Assembly (NCBI GenBank): GCA_963693365.1
Contig: CAVNZM010000004.1
Coordinates: 2,936,389 to 3,000,388 of the forward strand
Direction of reading: 5' to 3'
From: Amoebidium appalachense
Taxonomy: Eukaryota; Protista; Ichthyosporea
DNA: 64,000 bases
Below the pieces are notes generated by a model that saw only the letters and a program-made list of their open reading frames with translations, was not told where the DNA came from and made no database searches. The translations under genes were made by a program, and so were the position numbers. This document shows, piece by piece, positions 50,129 through 63,818 of the stretch. Each line of letters opens with the position of its first letter. Position 1 is the stretch's first letter.

Positions 50129-53100
50129 CTAGACATGGGCAGCATAACCCTCCTCAAACAGTGGGTTGTTGTTTTCACCACCCGCCGCCTCATACAACGG
50201 ATTGACGGCCCGCACAAACAGTTCATCATCCTGGCCCATCCAGGGGTCATTAATGGGTGGTGTTGCTGGCCGACTCATACGTTTGTAGGCATAATAGCCG
50301 CCCGCCACTGCCAGAACCGCTGCCGCAGCACCTGCTGCTGCCCCAGCCACGGTGCCAGTGTTGCTGGAACCGCTACCGGTGGTACTTTGGCTGGTGCTGC
50401 AGGTAACGTTGGGGCAGGCCTCGTCCTGTTGCAGTTCGGTGGGGCAACCCGTGCCGTTGTTCTGGGGCAGGGTAGCAATAACACGGTAGCGGGTACGGTT
50501 GGCTGTCTCTGTGCCGTCGGTGCAGGCACACATGCTCCAGTCGGACCAAGTGTTGACCACGCAGTCCACCGGGCAGGTGTTGATGGAGCATAGCCGGGAG
50601 TCTGCCAGCAAGGGGCATGCGGTGCCGTCAAAGGCCGGTGCCGCGAGTATGTTCCTGGTACGGTTCTCGAATCCACTGGCCGATGGAGCAGCACCCGTGC
50701 AGCTGGCCGAACAATCCACCCAATCGGACCACTCAGAGACCTGGCAGTCGACTGGGCAGCTACTGCCCACACAGGCTTGCTGTTCCTCGAGGTCTCCACA
50801 TGCTGTGCCGTTGTGTTGGGGCTGTTGCACAACGGGCCTGATTCGCTTCTGCACACCCGTGCCGCAGCTGACGTCACACACGGACCAGTCAGCCCATGCA
50901 CCCACTGCACACGGCACCGGCTCATAGGGGCAAACTGTAGAGCATGCGGCCTGTTGTGTTGCAGCCGGGCAGCTGGCGCCACCATAGAGGGGCTCTGCTA
51001 CGATTGGCCTGGTGCGTGTTTGCATGCCAACAGCAACGGCCACGACCCCGTCGCAGTTGCTTGATGCATCACACGACCAGTCAGTCCAGGCACCCATAAC
51101 ACAATCCAACGGGCAGCTGGATGTGGAACATGCAGAGACTTCAATCACCTCAGTGCACTTCTGGGAATAGTCACATGCGGCAGTTTCGGCTGAGACCACA
51201 CGTGTCCTAGTGCTTCCCCCCTCGCCACATGTAGCGCTGCATGTTGTCCACGCAGACCAATCGGTGTACACACACGTGCCGTTGCATGTTGACACAACGA
51301 AAGGACAATCAAACTCGCATGTTCCGAGCTCATACAGCGATCCACACGCGTCACCGCCGTTATATGCCGGTGAGATGATGCTACGGGTCCGGATGGCCGT
51401 GCCTTGGACCATGGGTCCGCTGGCCTGATTGCAATCTCCGGTGCAACTCCAGTCAGACCAGCTGCTGGTGATGCAGCTGCGTGGGCACAATACCGTACAC
51501 GGAACGGTGGTGGTCATGTCGGGAGGACACTCGAGACCACCATATGCGGGGGCCTGAAGAAGTGTGCGGTAGCCGTGCTGTTGGCCGGTTGCCACAGAAG
51601 CTGAGGTACTATTACAGTCGGCGTTGCATGGGTCGTACTTGAAAGCGGTCACGACACAGTCTACTGGACACTCTTGCCCGGTGCAAGGCTCGGTGTCAGC
51701 CAAAGACGGGCATAGGGCATCCGTATTCTCCGGGTTCCTCGTGACAACCCGTGTGCGTACACGTGTGCCGCCCTCACCACAGGGCAGAGAGCAGGTGCTC
51801 CAGTCGCCCCAACTGCTAACGACACACGGGATCTCGCAGGCAACCGTGCAAGACGACACAAGCGTCATGTCTCCACTGCAGGCCTTGCCGCCGTACTGCT
51901 CCGGCACCACAATGGTGCGGGTCTGGGTAGTCTGGCCAACGGCAGACCCACTGGTGCCATCACAAACTGCTGAGCAGGTAGTTGGTTCGCTCCACGGGCT
52001 GTAGAGGCAATCCTGGGGGCATGCCTGGCCGGTGCAGTCCTGCACGTCCAGTAGCGATGGGCACGACATGCCTCCATTGGCCTCCTGGGCAACAACCGCA
52101 CGGTCTCTGACACGGTAGCCAGTGCCGCAGTCGACGGAGCACGATGACCACATGGCCCAATCAGACACCTCACAGTCGATGGGGCAAGTAATGGAGCAAG
52201 CCACGGTTTGCTCGAGGTTGGCCGGGCATGCACTGCCACCATTGTGCGGCTCCACAAGAACTGTTCTGGTCTCCACAGCCGTGCCATTTGCAGTAGAGGC
52301 GCCGGCAACACATGTAGCATCACAGGCGCGTTGGGTAGTCCAATCAGACATGGCACAGGGCACTGGTGGTGCTACCTGGCACTGACTCGTGTCACATGCC
52401 TGGTAATCCATGACATCCGGGCAGGTAGAGGCACCGGCTGACTTCCGTGTGCGCGTTGCAAGACCCGAGGTACATTTGTCGGTGCAACCATACCAGTCGG
52501 ACCAGTCACCAAGAGCCGAGCAGTCCTGTTGGCAGGCCACAGAGCATGCCCGTGTTTCGACAAGGCTGCTGGGGGGAGGGCAGGGTTGTCCCCCATATGC
52601 CGCAGGACTGAGAACTTGTCGCTCCCAAGTCTCCACTCCATAGGACTGGTCTGAAAGGCCGTCTGGGCTGCACGTGGCATTGCAGGGCTCCACCAGGGTC
52701 ATTGTAGGAGCCAGCTGACAGTCGGTTGGGCACTCAGCGTAGGAAGAGCACGTTGCTACTTCGTCCATGTCGGATGGGCATGCCACACCGTTGTTCATTG
52801 CAGCCTGCACCGTAGTGCGGTTCCTGGCGCGTTCTCCGATGCCACATGCCGTGCTGCAATCCGACCACTCCGTCCAGTCGCTGAGGACACAGTCCACTGG
52901 GCACGACATGCGGCATGGCTCGACCGTGTCCAGTGAGGGGCACTTTGTTCCTCCGTTGGCTGGCGTGACCAGTACTGTGCGTGTTTTGGTCGCCACACCC
53001 ACTGCCTGTTCCACACCGGGTTGGCAGGAGGCCGTGCAAGGGGAAGAAACCTCCCAAGCACTCGTTACACAGTCCCTAACACACCCATCAAACGAATCAC

Positions 53101-54399
53101 AGCTGCGCTGACGTTCAAGGTCAGGGCAAGCAGCTCCATCGTTTGCCGGTTGCTGGAGAACAATCCTAGCTGATGATTCGGCGCCAGAGCCGCACAAGGT
53201 ACTGCAGAAACCCCAGTCACCCCATTCGGATACAACACAGCCCACTGGGCACGGTATTTGCGTCACCTGAATGTCTTCCAGGGGTGGGCACACAGCGCCT
53301 CCGTTGAGTGGATCGATCGACACCAGTCGTGACCGTGACGACGACCGTTGCCCCACGGGAGATGCGCCATTGCATCCGTCGGTTGACTGCCAGTCAGACC
53401 AAAGGCCGACCTGTAAAATTTCAAAGTTAGACACGATTCTTACACCGAAAAACTCAAAATACACTAAAGACATATGAACGGGGTACATAACTGCTCATGA
53501 CGAAAAGTGATGCTATGTACTCACTCTATTGTGCTCTACACTATCAAGGCCAATCAACAAAACAATTCACCAAGTGAGATGCCTGGATTCACAGCCACAC
53601 TCATCCAACCCCCCACAACAAGAGATGAAGGGGGGAGGGGGGGGGGGGGGGGGGGGGGGGTTACCTGGCAGTCGACGTCGCACTGGTCCGTGGTGCAAGC
53701 CCTTGTCTCCAGAAGAGACGGGTCGCACTGCATTCCGCCGTTCTCTGGCTGCCTGGTCACGTAGCGTGTCCGCTGCGACGCACCGGTTGCCTCGGGTTGC
53801 GTGCCAGTGCATTTCTCCATGGCATCGCAGGGAGACCACTCGGCCCAGGCCGACAGCAGGCAGTCCACATCACAGGGTGCCGTGCAGGTGTCGGTCTCCT
53901 GCAGCAGTGGGCATCCGGTGCCGCCATTGGCTGCCTCCCTGGTAACCTCCCTTGTGCGCATGTTGATGCCCGTCACGGTCCCCGTGGTGCCGTTGCAGTT
54001 GCTCGACGCATCGCATGACCACGCTGACCATGGGCCCACCTCGCAGGCCACGGCACAGCCTTGGATCGTGCAGGCTTCAACACGTTGGAGCTCCTCGCAC
54101 TGCCCCCCGCCGTATGCCGGCTCGACGACCACACGCCTGGTATCGATGCGGTGGCCCTCGGCAACCACGCTGGTGCCGTTGCAGGTGGCCAGGCAAGCAC
54201 CCTCGGCATATTCGGACAGCTCACAGTCCCGCGGGCATGCCGTGCCTACAAAAAGAGGCCCCATACACATGTTAGCATGTAGCCCTTGCCTGCTTTGTGT
54301 TCCCCCCTCCCCCCTATCCCTCCCATCCCCCCATGCCGAAAAAATAAACAAAACCCCTGTCCCCCTCTACCCCCACCCCCCCACCCCCCCATCCCCCCA

Positions 54400-54445
<46 letters not shown>

Positions 54446-57085
54446 ACACACACTACACAACACACACCGACCCCACCCCATGGGGTCCATTCACCACCAT
54501 CCTTGTATGCTTCCAATAAAAGGGTCGTATCCCGCCTTTCACGCTCTATGCCACCAAGCATCAGCGCACACTAGAGTCCGACCCTTACCGTAGCACTCCT
54601 GGTAGCCAATAGTCTCGGGGCAGGCCAGGCCGTTGTTGACCGGGAAGGTGGTGGGGCTACGGGTCCGCTGCTGCACGCCTGCGCCGCAGCTGGCCGAGCA
54701 CCCTTGCCACTCTGACCACTCGCCCATGACACAGTTGACGGGGCAGTCAACCTTTACGCAGCCTGTGGTGCTCTGCAGGTCGGGGCATACCGCACCATTG
54801 TTGGCCGACGCCCTCGTGACCTGCCTGGTCAGCACAGCCGTGCCTGACGACTGTGCAGCCGCACCGTCGCACGAAGCTTGGCAGTCACCAACCACCCAAT
54901 CACTGACCACACAGTCAACGTCGCACTGGGCCGTGCATGTCTGTGTCTCTTGAAGACCTGGGCAGGCCATACCGAGGCTGTTGGGTGCCACCAGCACGCT
55001 CCTGGACCTAAGTGCCAGGCCACTGGCTGTGGGCAGCTGCCCGTCGCAGTTGCTGCTGGCAGCACAAGCCCATTCGGTCCACTGCCGTGCACAAGTGGTT
55101 AGGGACAGGCCATCATCCAGCCATCTCCAATGCTTTTATTCTAATGATAATTGTTTGTCCCTTTGTTGCTGGAGTTGAAAAAAGGGGGAGGGGCGAGGGG
55201 GGGTGAGAAACGGGGGGGAGGGGGGGGGGAAGGAGGGGGGGGAAGAGGGGCAGAGCAACAAACAACCTGGGGGTGGGTGGGTGGGTGTGTGTGTGTGTGG
55301 GTGGGTGGGTGGGGGGGGGGGGGGGGGGGGGGGGGCGGGGGAGGGGGGGGGGGGGGGGGGGAGGGGGGGGGGGGGGGGGGGAGGGGGAGGGGGGGGGAGG
55401 AGGAGGGGGGGAGGAGGAGGCACGGGTCCAGTGCAAGCAGCAACATTGACATACCTGGTCAACCTCACAATGGACAGGGCAGTCAGTGATCTGGCAAGAC
55501 TCGGTGATCTGCAGGGTCGTGTTGCAGGCCATGCCTCCGTTGAGAGGTTCGACCATGACGGTTCGGCTGCCCTGCTGGGTGCCCACAGCCACAGGATTGC
55601 GGCCGTCGCACACCGCACTACAGCTGTCGAAGGTGAAGGGGGTCAGCACACAGTCCACAGGGCAGAGCGTGCCCTCGCAGGCGGCCCTGTCCACCGTGAC
55701 GCACTCGGCACCTCCGTTCTGGGCTGGGGCAGCAACCGGCCTGGTCCGTGTCATGGTGCCTCCAGTGCCGCAGTCCTTGTCACACGTGCTCCACTCTCCC
55801 CATGCACCAGGCTGGCAGGCCACCGGGCAGTCCTCACGGTAGCATGTCCGCGCGTCCATGAGGGCTGGGCAGGGGGTGCCATCGTGTGCCTGGTTGCGCA
55901 CCACGTCGCGGGTAAACACCTGTTTACCCTCGGCAGTGGGGCTCGACTCAACACACACAGCATCGCACACTCCCGCCACCCAATCGCTCACGGCGCAATC
56001 GACGTCGCAGTCAGAGATGCATGGGGCGTTCTCCACCAGCTCAGGGCAGGCCTTACCACCGTTGAGTGGGGCAGCCGCAACGAGACGTGTTCTGGTGACC
56101 AAGCCGTGGGCCTCAGAGACCTGGCCGTCACAGGCCTTTGCGCCGTCGCATGGGCTCCAAGGTGCCCACTCCGCCACCTGGCAGTTGACCGGGCAGCCGT
56201 CCACAGTGCAAGCAACCGTCTGGGCAGCCGGCCCACACTCGGCACCGCCATACTGCGGGGCAATAGCAACTTCGCGCTGGTCGATGCGTGTTCCGTTGAC
56301 CGACACGTTGATCCCATCACAGACGGCCGAGCAGGCTCCCTCGACCCACTCGCCTTGCAGGCAGTCCCTCGGGCACTCGAACCCTTGGCAGGGAATGTAC
56401 TCCACCAGGGCCGGGCACGGGGTCCCACCATTCTGATCGGGCACGCTGACACTGCGCACGCGCTGCTGGGTGCCTGCGCCGCACGACGCCGTGCACTGTG
56501 TCCATTCGGACCACGCTGACACCGCGCAGCTGACCGGGCACGTCTTCACGCACTGCTCCACCAGCGCCAGGTCGCCACACGCCGCTCCCTCGTTCTGCGG
56601 CTCCCGCTGTACATCCCTGGTCCTGGTGCGCTGGCCAGCAACGGCTCCGTTCACACCATCGCACTCGGCCTCGCAGGCAGTCGCCATGGGGTCGCTCCAG
56701 GGCCCGACCAGGCAGTCCACATTGCACGTGTCCACTGAGCACGGAAGCTGCTCCACCAGAACTGGGCAGCCGGCTTTGGTGTTCTGTGGCTCAACAACCA
56801 CCTGGCGCTGGCGCACCTGGGTGCCTGCTGCATTCCTTGTCTGCCCGTTGCACATGCTGGCAGCATCACACTGCCACTCGCTCCACCCAGACACCTGTGA
56901 GGACAGAGTCAGCCATCGGTTGTGCAGGCAGGGTGTGGCCGGCAGTTAGAAAGGTGACATGGTTGGGGTGATGAGGTTGGAGGGGGGTGGTGGTGTGTAA
57001 ATGAGGGGTGGGGTAGACGTTAGCAGGAGAGAGGAGGTATATAGGTGCTTGTGTGAGTGGTGGTGGTGGTGGTGGTGGTGGTCGG

Positions 57086-57123
<38 letters not shown>

Positions 57124-60100
57124 AGTGGCAGCAATGCAAACAAGTGCTTGTGTGGGTATGCAAGGGTGAAGAAAATGAAGTAAGCATCTGGTGGTGGTGA
57201 TGGTGGTAGTGGTGAAGGGTTGGTGTGTGTGTGTAGGGGTGGGGGTGGGGGGGGGGGGGGGGGGGGGGGGCAGCCACCTGGCAGGGTACTGGGCAGGCAA
57301 CGGTTGTGCACGAACCAGTCTCGGCCAAATCACCACATGGCTCGCCTCCGTTTTGGGTCTGCACAACGACGTCCCTACGGCGGGCCTGGCTGCCATCGGC
57401 TACGACGGTGCTGCCGTTGCAGCGTGACAGGGCATCGCACACCCATGGTGACCACTCGCCGGTAACGCAGGCCACGGGGCAGGCATCGATACGGCAAGGT
57501 GCCTCCTCAGCCAGCTGGCCACAGGGAACCCCGCCTTGCAGTGCCGGCCTCGTCACGGCCCTGGTCCTCACCTGCAGCCCAGCGGCCGTGGGGTTGATCC
57601 CGTCGCATGACGCGCTGCAGCTCCATTCGGACCATGCAGTCATGTCGCAGTCCACTGGGCAGTCCGTCACCTCGCAACCGCGGGTGGCACGCAGCTCCTC
57701 GTCGCTGGGGCAGGGGGTGCCTCCGTACAAGGCATGCACAAGCACAGGCCTACGGCCCACCTGGGTGCCGGTGGCTCGCGGGCTGGTCCGGTCACAGGTG
57801 GCAGAACACTGGCTCCACTGCCAGTCGCCCAGCACACAGGGCACAGGGCAAAGGGCCTGCAGCGACCTGTACGGGGCAAGGTTGGTCAGCATCACGGACA
57901 CCACCAGCAGGCCGGGCCCTTCCCCCCCCCCCCCCCCCCCCCCCCCACCCACCCACCCACCCACCTCCCTCCTGCCCTTACAACATATGCATGCACACGG
58001 CCACCTCTCCCAGGGCACCCGGCGGGAAACCAAAGGCCAGCCAACCATGCCCTCAGAACCAAACGGGGGTGCGCACAAGCCATCGTCATACTTACGTTGG
58101 GTCCTCGGCTTGGCAGTTGCCAGATGTGCCGCATCCCAGGAACACAGACAGGCGCGTGCCAGCGACGGCGCGGAAGGTCCCCCGCACCGTGATCACCTGC
58201 TGGGAGTCTCCCAACAGCGCCGTCTCGCCATTATCATAGGCCCATGTCTGGGCACCAGCATAGTCCTTGGATTCCCAGCCCTGTGCAGCGCTGCCCTGGA
58301 CCTGCAGAGATGCGGGGTCGAAGCTGGACACCTGCGGTTGCAAACCAGTAAGGATTAGTGCTTGCCACGACACACACACACACACACACATACACCCCCT
58401 TGGTTTATGCACGGCACCCTTCTCCCTGCATGGCCAAGCATAGGCCAGCATACACTGCCACCCTCCGTATGCACATAATGCCTGCACTTCCTGCCTCTGG
58501 ACATTGCCCAGGGGCCTAGACCATGTTTCACAACCGGGAACATACCACTTGTTGGGTGCCCCCATAGTGCGCCGTTACAACCACCCTGTCGGCTGTCCGC
58601 AGGTCACACGACTGGGTCCGGTTCTGGGCAGAGGTGATGCCCGTGAACACCAATGGGGTGTCCCCTTGGCCAGGGCAAGACCCAGTCAGCGTCATTGTGT
58701 CGGCGGCCATGTCGACCACCACCTCAAAGGTGCAGGTGGAGGACGCGGACTCGGCCCCGGGGGCTGCTGCTACCAGAGATGCAACCTGCGACCTGGTGGT
58801 GTCGCCGGGAAGGCCCACGACTGCCTCCACCGCATTTGCCGACAGGAACCACATCTCGGCCCCAACCAGGGAGTTCTGGCTGGCTACCAGGCAGGCCTGC
58901 GTCCCCTTGCACAGCTCCACCTCGGACAGCTGTGGGCACGCATCACCGCGGTTCAGGGGGGGCTGGGCCACAAGGCGGCTCCTAGTGCGCGTGCCAGCAT
59001 CGGGCAACTGCGAGCAAGAACAAGCTGACCAGTCGCCCCAAGGGCTGACCGTGCATGCAACCGGGCACAGATCGTACATGCAGGCCTCCTGCTCCTTGTC
59101 GTTGCCGCATGCCTGCCCGCCGTTGAGTGCAGGGCGCTGCACACCGCGTACTCTTGTCTCCACTCCGTCAGACGTGGGCTGGGCACCGTCGCAGCGTTGA
59201 GCTGCATCACATACCCACGCGCTCCAAGAGCCCATCACACAGTCCACCGCACACGTTGATGTTGTGCAAACCTGCTCCTCCACAAGCGCAGGGCATGCAG
59301 CACCGGCATTGTAGGGCTGCCTGCTCACTGTCCTGGACCGGCTCTCCTTGCCAGTGGCCATGGGCAGCATGCCGTCGCAGTATTGCCCGGCCGTGCACAA
59401 AGCCCACTCCGACCACGAGTCCACCTGCACATTTCAAATTCACGGTGAGCCAGGTCGAGACGCAGGCCTGTCGTCAACAGCCCCCCCAATGCACACCATA
59501 CCCCTTTTACCTACTCCCCACCCCACACACCCTCCCACACAAACACCCAGTAACACCCATCAGCGGCTAGTACACTGGATCCACCCACAGCAACGCCACC
59601 TATATTCACAGCCACCCCCATCCAACCCCCCCCCCACACAACAAGAGATGAGCGGGGGGCAGGTTTACCTGGCAGTCGACATCGCACTTGTCCGTGGTGC
59701 AAGCCCTTGTCTCCAGAAGAGACGGGTCGCACTGCATTCCGCCGTTCTCTGGCTGCCTGGTCACGTAGCGTGTCCGCTGCGACGCACCGGTTGCCTCGGG
59801 TTGCGTGCCAGTGCATTTCTCCATGGCATCGCAGGGAGACCACTCGGCCCAGGCCGACAGCAGGCAGTCCACATCACAGGGTGCCGTGCAGGTGTCGGTC
59901 TCCTGCAGCAGTGGGCATCCGGTGCCGCCATTGGCTGCCTCCCTGGTAACCTCCCTTGTGCGCATGTTGATGCCCGTCACGGTCCCCGTGGTGCCGTTGC
60001 AGTTGCTCGACGCATCGCATGACCACGCTGACCATGGGCCCACCTCGCAGGCCACGGCACAGCCTTGGATCGTGCAGGCTTCAACACGTTGGAGCTCCTC

Positions 60101-63038
60101 GCACTGCCCCCCGCCGTATGCCGGCTCGACGACCACACGCCTGGTATCGATGCGGTGGCCCTCGGCAACCACGCTGGTGCCGTTGCAGGTGGCCAGGCAA
60201 GCACCCTCGGCATATTCGGACAGCTCGCAGTCCCGCGGGCATGCCGTGCCTACAAAAAGAGGCCCCATACACATGTTAGCATGTAGCCCTTGCCTGCTTT
60301 GTGTTCCCCCCTCCCCCTATCCCTCCCATCCCCCCATGCCGAAAAAATAAACAAAACCCCTGTCCCCCTCTTCCCCCACCCCCCACCCCCCCATCCCCCC
60401 CATCCCCCCCTCCCCCTTCCCCCCCCCCCCCCACACACACACACACTACACAACACACACCGACCCCACCCCATGGGGTCCATTCACCACCATCCTTGTA
60501 TGCTTCCAATTAAAGGGTCGTATCCCGCCTTTCACGCTCTATGCCACCAAGCATCAGCGCACACTAGAGTCCGACCCTTACCGTAGCACTCCTGGTAGCC
60601 AATAGTCTCGGGGCAGGCCAGGCCGTTGTTGACCGGGAAGGTGGTGGGGCTACGGGTCCGCTGCTGCACGCCTGCGCCGCAGCTGGCCGAGCACCCTTGC
60701 CACTCTGACCACTCGCCCATGACACAGTTGACGGGGCAGTCAACCTTTACGCAGCCTGTGGTGCTCTGCAGGTCGGGGCATACCGCACCATTGTTGGCCG
60801 ACGCCCTCGTGACCTGCCTGGTCAGCACAGCCGTGCCTGACGACTGTGCAGCCGCACCGTCGCACGAAGCTTGGCAGTCACCAACCACCCAATCACTGAC
60901 CACACAGTCAACGTCGCACTGGGCCGTGCATGTCTGTGTCTCTTGAAGACCTGGGCAGGCCATACCGAGGCTGTTGGGTGCCACCAGCACGCTCCTGGAC
61001 CTAAGTGCCAGGCCACTGGCTGTGGGCAGCTGCCCGTCGCAGTTGCTGCTGGCAGCACAAGCCCATTCGGTCCACTGCCGTGCACAAGTGGTTAGGGACA
61101 GGCCATCATCCAGCCATCTCCAATGCTTTGATTCTAATGATACTTGTTTGTCCCTTTGTTGCTGGAGTTGAAAAAAGGGGGAGGGGCGAGTGGGGGTGAG
61201 AAACGGGGGGAGGGGGGGGGGGGGGGAAGGAGGGGGGGGAAGAGGGGCAGAGCAACAAACAACCTGGGGGTGGGTGGGTGGGTGTGTGTGTGTGTGGGTG
61301 GGTGGGTGGCGGGGGAGGGGGGGGGGGGGGGAGGGGGGGAGGGGGAGGGGGGGAGGAGGAGGGGGGGAGGAGGAGGCACGGGTCCAGTGCAAGCAGCAAC
61401 ATTGACATACCTGGTCAACCTCACAATGGACAGGGCAGTCAGTGATCTGGCAAGACTCGGTGATCTGCAGGGTCGTGTTGCAGGCCATGCCTCCGTTGAG
61501 AGGTTCGACCATGACGGTTCGGCTGCCCTGCTGGGTGCCCACAGCCACAGGATTGCGGCCGTCGCACACCGCACTACAGCTGTCGAAGGTGAAGGGGGTC
61601 AGCACACAGTCCACAGGGCAGAGCGTGCCCTCGCAGGCGGCCCTGTCCACCGTGACGCACTCGGCACCTCCGTTCTGGGCTGGGGCAGCAACCGGCCTGG
61701 TCCGTGTCATGGTGCCTCCAGTGCCGCAGTCCTTGTCACACGTGCTCCACTCTCCCCATGCACCAGGCTGGCAGGCCACCGGGCAGTCCTCACGGTAGCA
61801 TGTCCGCGCGTCCATGAGGGCTGGGCAGGGGGTGCCATCGTGTGCCTGGTTGCGCACCACGTCGCGGGTAAACACCTGTTTACCCTCGGCAGTGGGGCTC
61901 GACTCAACACACACAGCATCGCACACTCCCGCCACCCAATCGCTCACGGCGCAATCGACGTCGCAGTCAGAGATGCATGGGGCGTTCTCCACCAGCTCAG
62001 GGCAGGCCTTACCACCGTTGAGTGGGGCAGCCGCAACGAGACGTGTTCTGGTGACCAAGCCGTGGGCCTCAGAGACCTGGCCGTCACAGGCCTTTGCGCC
62101 GTCGCATGGGCTCCAAGGTGCCCACTCCGCCACCTGGCAGTTGACCGGGCAGCCGTCCACAGTGCAAGCAACCGTCTGGGCAGCCGGCCCACACTCGGCA
62201 CCGCCATACTGCGGGGCAATAGCAACTTCGCGCTGGTCGATGCGTGTTCCGTTGACCGACACGTTGATCCCATCACAGACGGCCGAGCAGGCTCCCTCGA
62301 CCCACTCGCCTTGCAGGCAGTCCCTCGGGCACTCGAACCCTTGGCAGGGAATGTACTCCACCAGGGCCGGGCACGGGGTCCCACCATTCTGATCGGGCAC
62401 GCTGACACTGCGCACGCGCTGCTGGGTGCCTGCGCCGCACGACGCCGTGCACTGTGTCCATTCGGACCACGCTGACACCGCGCAGCTGACCGGGCACGTC
62501 TTCACGCACTGCTCCACCAGCGCCAGGTCGCCACACGCCGCTCCCTCGTTCTGCGGCTCCCGCTGTACATCCCTGGTCCTGGTGCGCTGGCCAGCAACGG
62601 CTCCGTTCACACCATCGCACTCGGCCTCGCAGGCAGTCGCCATGGGGTCGCTCCAGGGCCCGACCAGGCAGTCCACATTGCACGTGTCCACTGAGCACGG
62701 AAGCTGCTCCACCAGAACTGGGCAGCCGGCTTTGGTGTTCTGTGGCTCAACAACCACCTGGCGCTGGCGCACCTGGGTGCCTGCTGCATTCCTTGTCTGC
62801 CCGTTGCACATGCTGGCAGCATCACACTGCCACTCGCTCCACCCAGACACCTGTGAGGACAGAGTCAGCCATCGGTTGTGCAGGCAGGGTGTGGCCGGCA
62901 GTTAGAAAGGTGACATGGTTGGGGTGATGAGGTTGGAGGGGGGTGGTGGTGTGTAAATGAGGGGTGGGGTAGACGTTAGCAGGAGAGAGGAGGTATATAG
63001 GTGCTTGTGTGAGTGGTGGTGGTGGTGGTGGTGGTCGG

Positions 63039-63075
<37 letters not shown>

Positions 63076-63191
63076 AGGGGCAGCAATGCAAACAAGTGCT
63101 TGTGCGGGTATGCAAGGGTGAGAAAATGAAGTAAGCATCTGGTGGTGGTGATGGTGGTAGTGGTGAAGGTTTGGTGTGTGTGTGTAGGGGT

Positions 63192-63225
<34 letters not shown>

Positions 63226-63818
63226 CCACCTGGCAGGGTACTGGGCAGGCAACGGTTGTGCACGAACCAGTCTCGGCCAAATCACCACATGGCTCGCCTC
63301 CGTTTTGGGCCTGCACAACGACGTCCCTACGGCGGGCCTGGCTGCCATCGGCTACGACGGTGCTGCCGTTGCAGCGTGACAGGGCATCGCACACCCATGG
63401 TGACCACTCGCCGGTAACGCAGGCCACGGGGCAGGCATCGATACGGCAAGGTGCCTCCTCAGCCAGCTGGCCACAGGGAACCCCGCCTTGCAGTGCCGGC
63501 CTCGTCACGGCCCTGGTCCTCACCTGCAGCCCAGCGGCCGTGGGGTTGATCCCGTCGCATGACGCGCTGCAGCTCCATTCGGACCATGCAGTCATGTCGC
63601 AGTCCACTGGGCAGTCCGTCACCTCGCAACCGCGGGTGGCACGCAGCTCCTCGTCGCTGGGGCAGGGGGTGCCTCCGTACAAGGCATGCACAAGCACAGG
63701 CCTACGGCCCACCTGGGTGCCGGTGGCTCGCGGGCTGGTCCGGTCACAGGTGGCAGAACACTGGCTCCACTGCCAGTCGCCCAGCACACAGGGCACAGGG
63801 CAAAGGGCCTGCAGCGAC
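50129..63818 (-). CDS. Giant spondin-type thrombospondin-1 repeat single-pass membrane protein (5' end beyond window)
   Basis: Exons 63818-63230, 62850-61411, 61074-60582, 60249-59669, 59424-58546, 58331-58096, 57866-57278, 56894-55455, 55081-54589, 54245-53665, 53410-50129 total ~10.6 kb (~3,530 codons) in frame. Dozens of CPVDCxxSxWxxWxxCxxxC..RxRxxxxxPxxGGxxCPxLxExxxC repeats. TM segment VAGAAAGAAAAVLAVAGGYYAY-KR, then tail with NPLY and NPLF. Confidence 0.92.

Noticed and set aside
55203-62475. Long plus-strand ORFs (e.g. 55203-56519, 57306-58358, 61144-62475)
   Set aside because: Antisense shadows of GC-rich TSP1 exons with no independent coding signal.
60532-62850. 772-aa ORF reading through the 61075-61410 intron
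   Set aside because: The same intron in the other copy (55082-55454) is not open in frame, and it has a good donor, branch point and acceptor; the read-through is a coincidence of homopolymer length.
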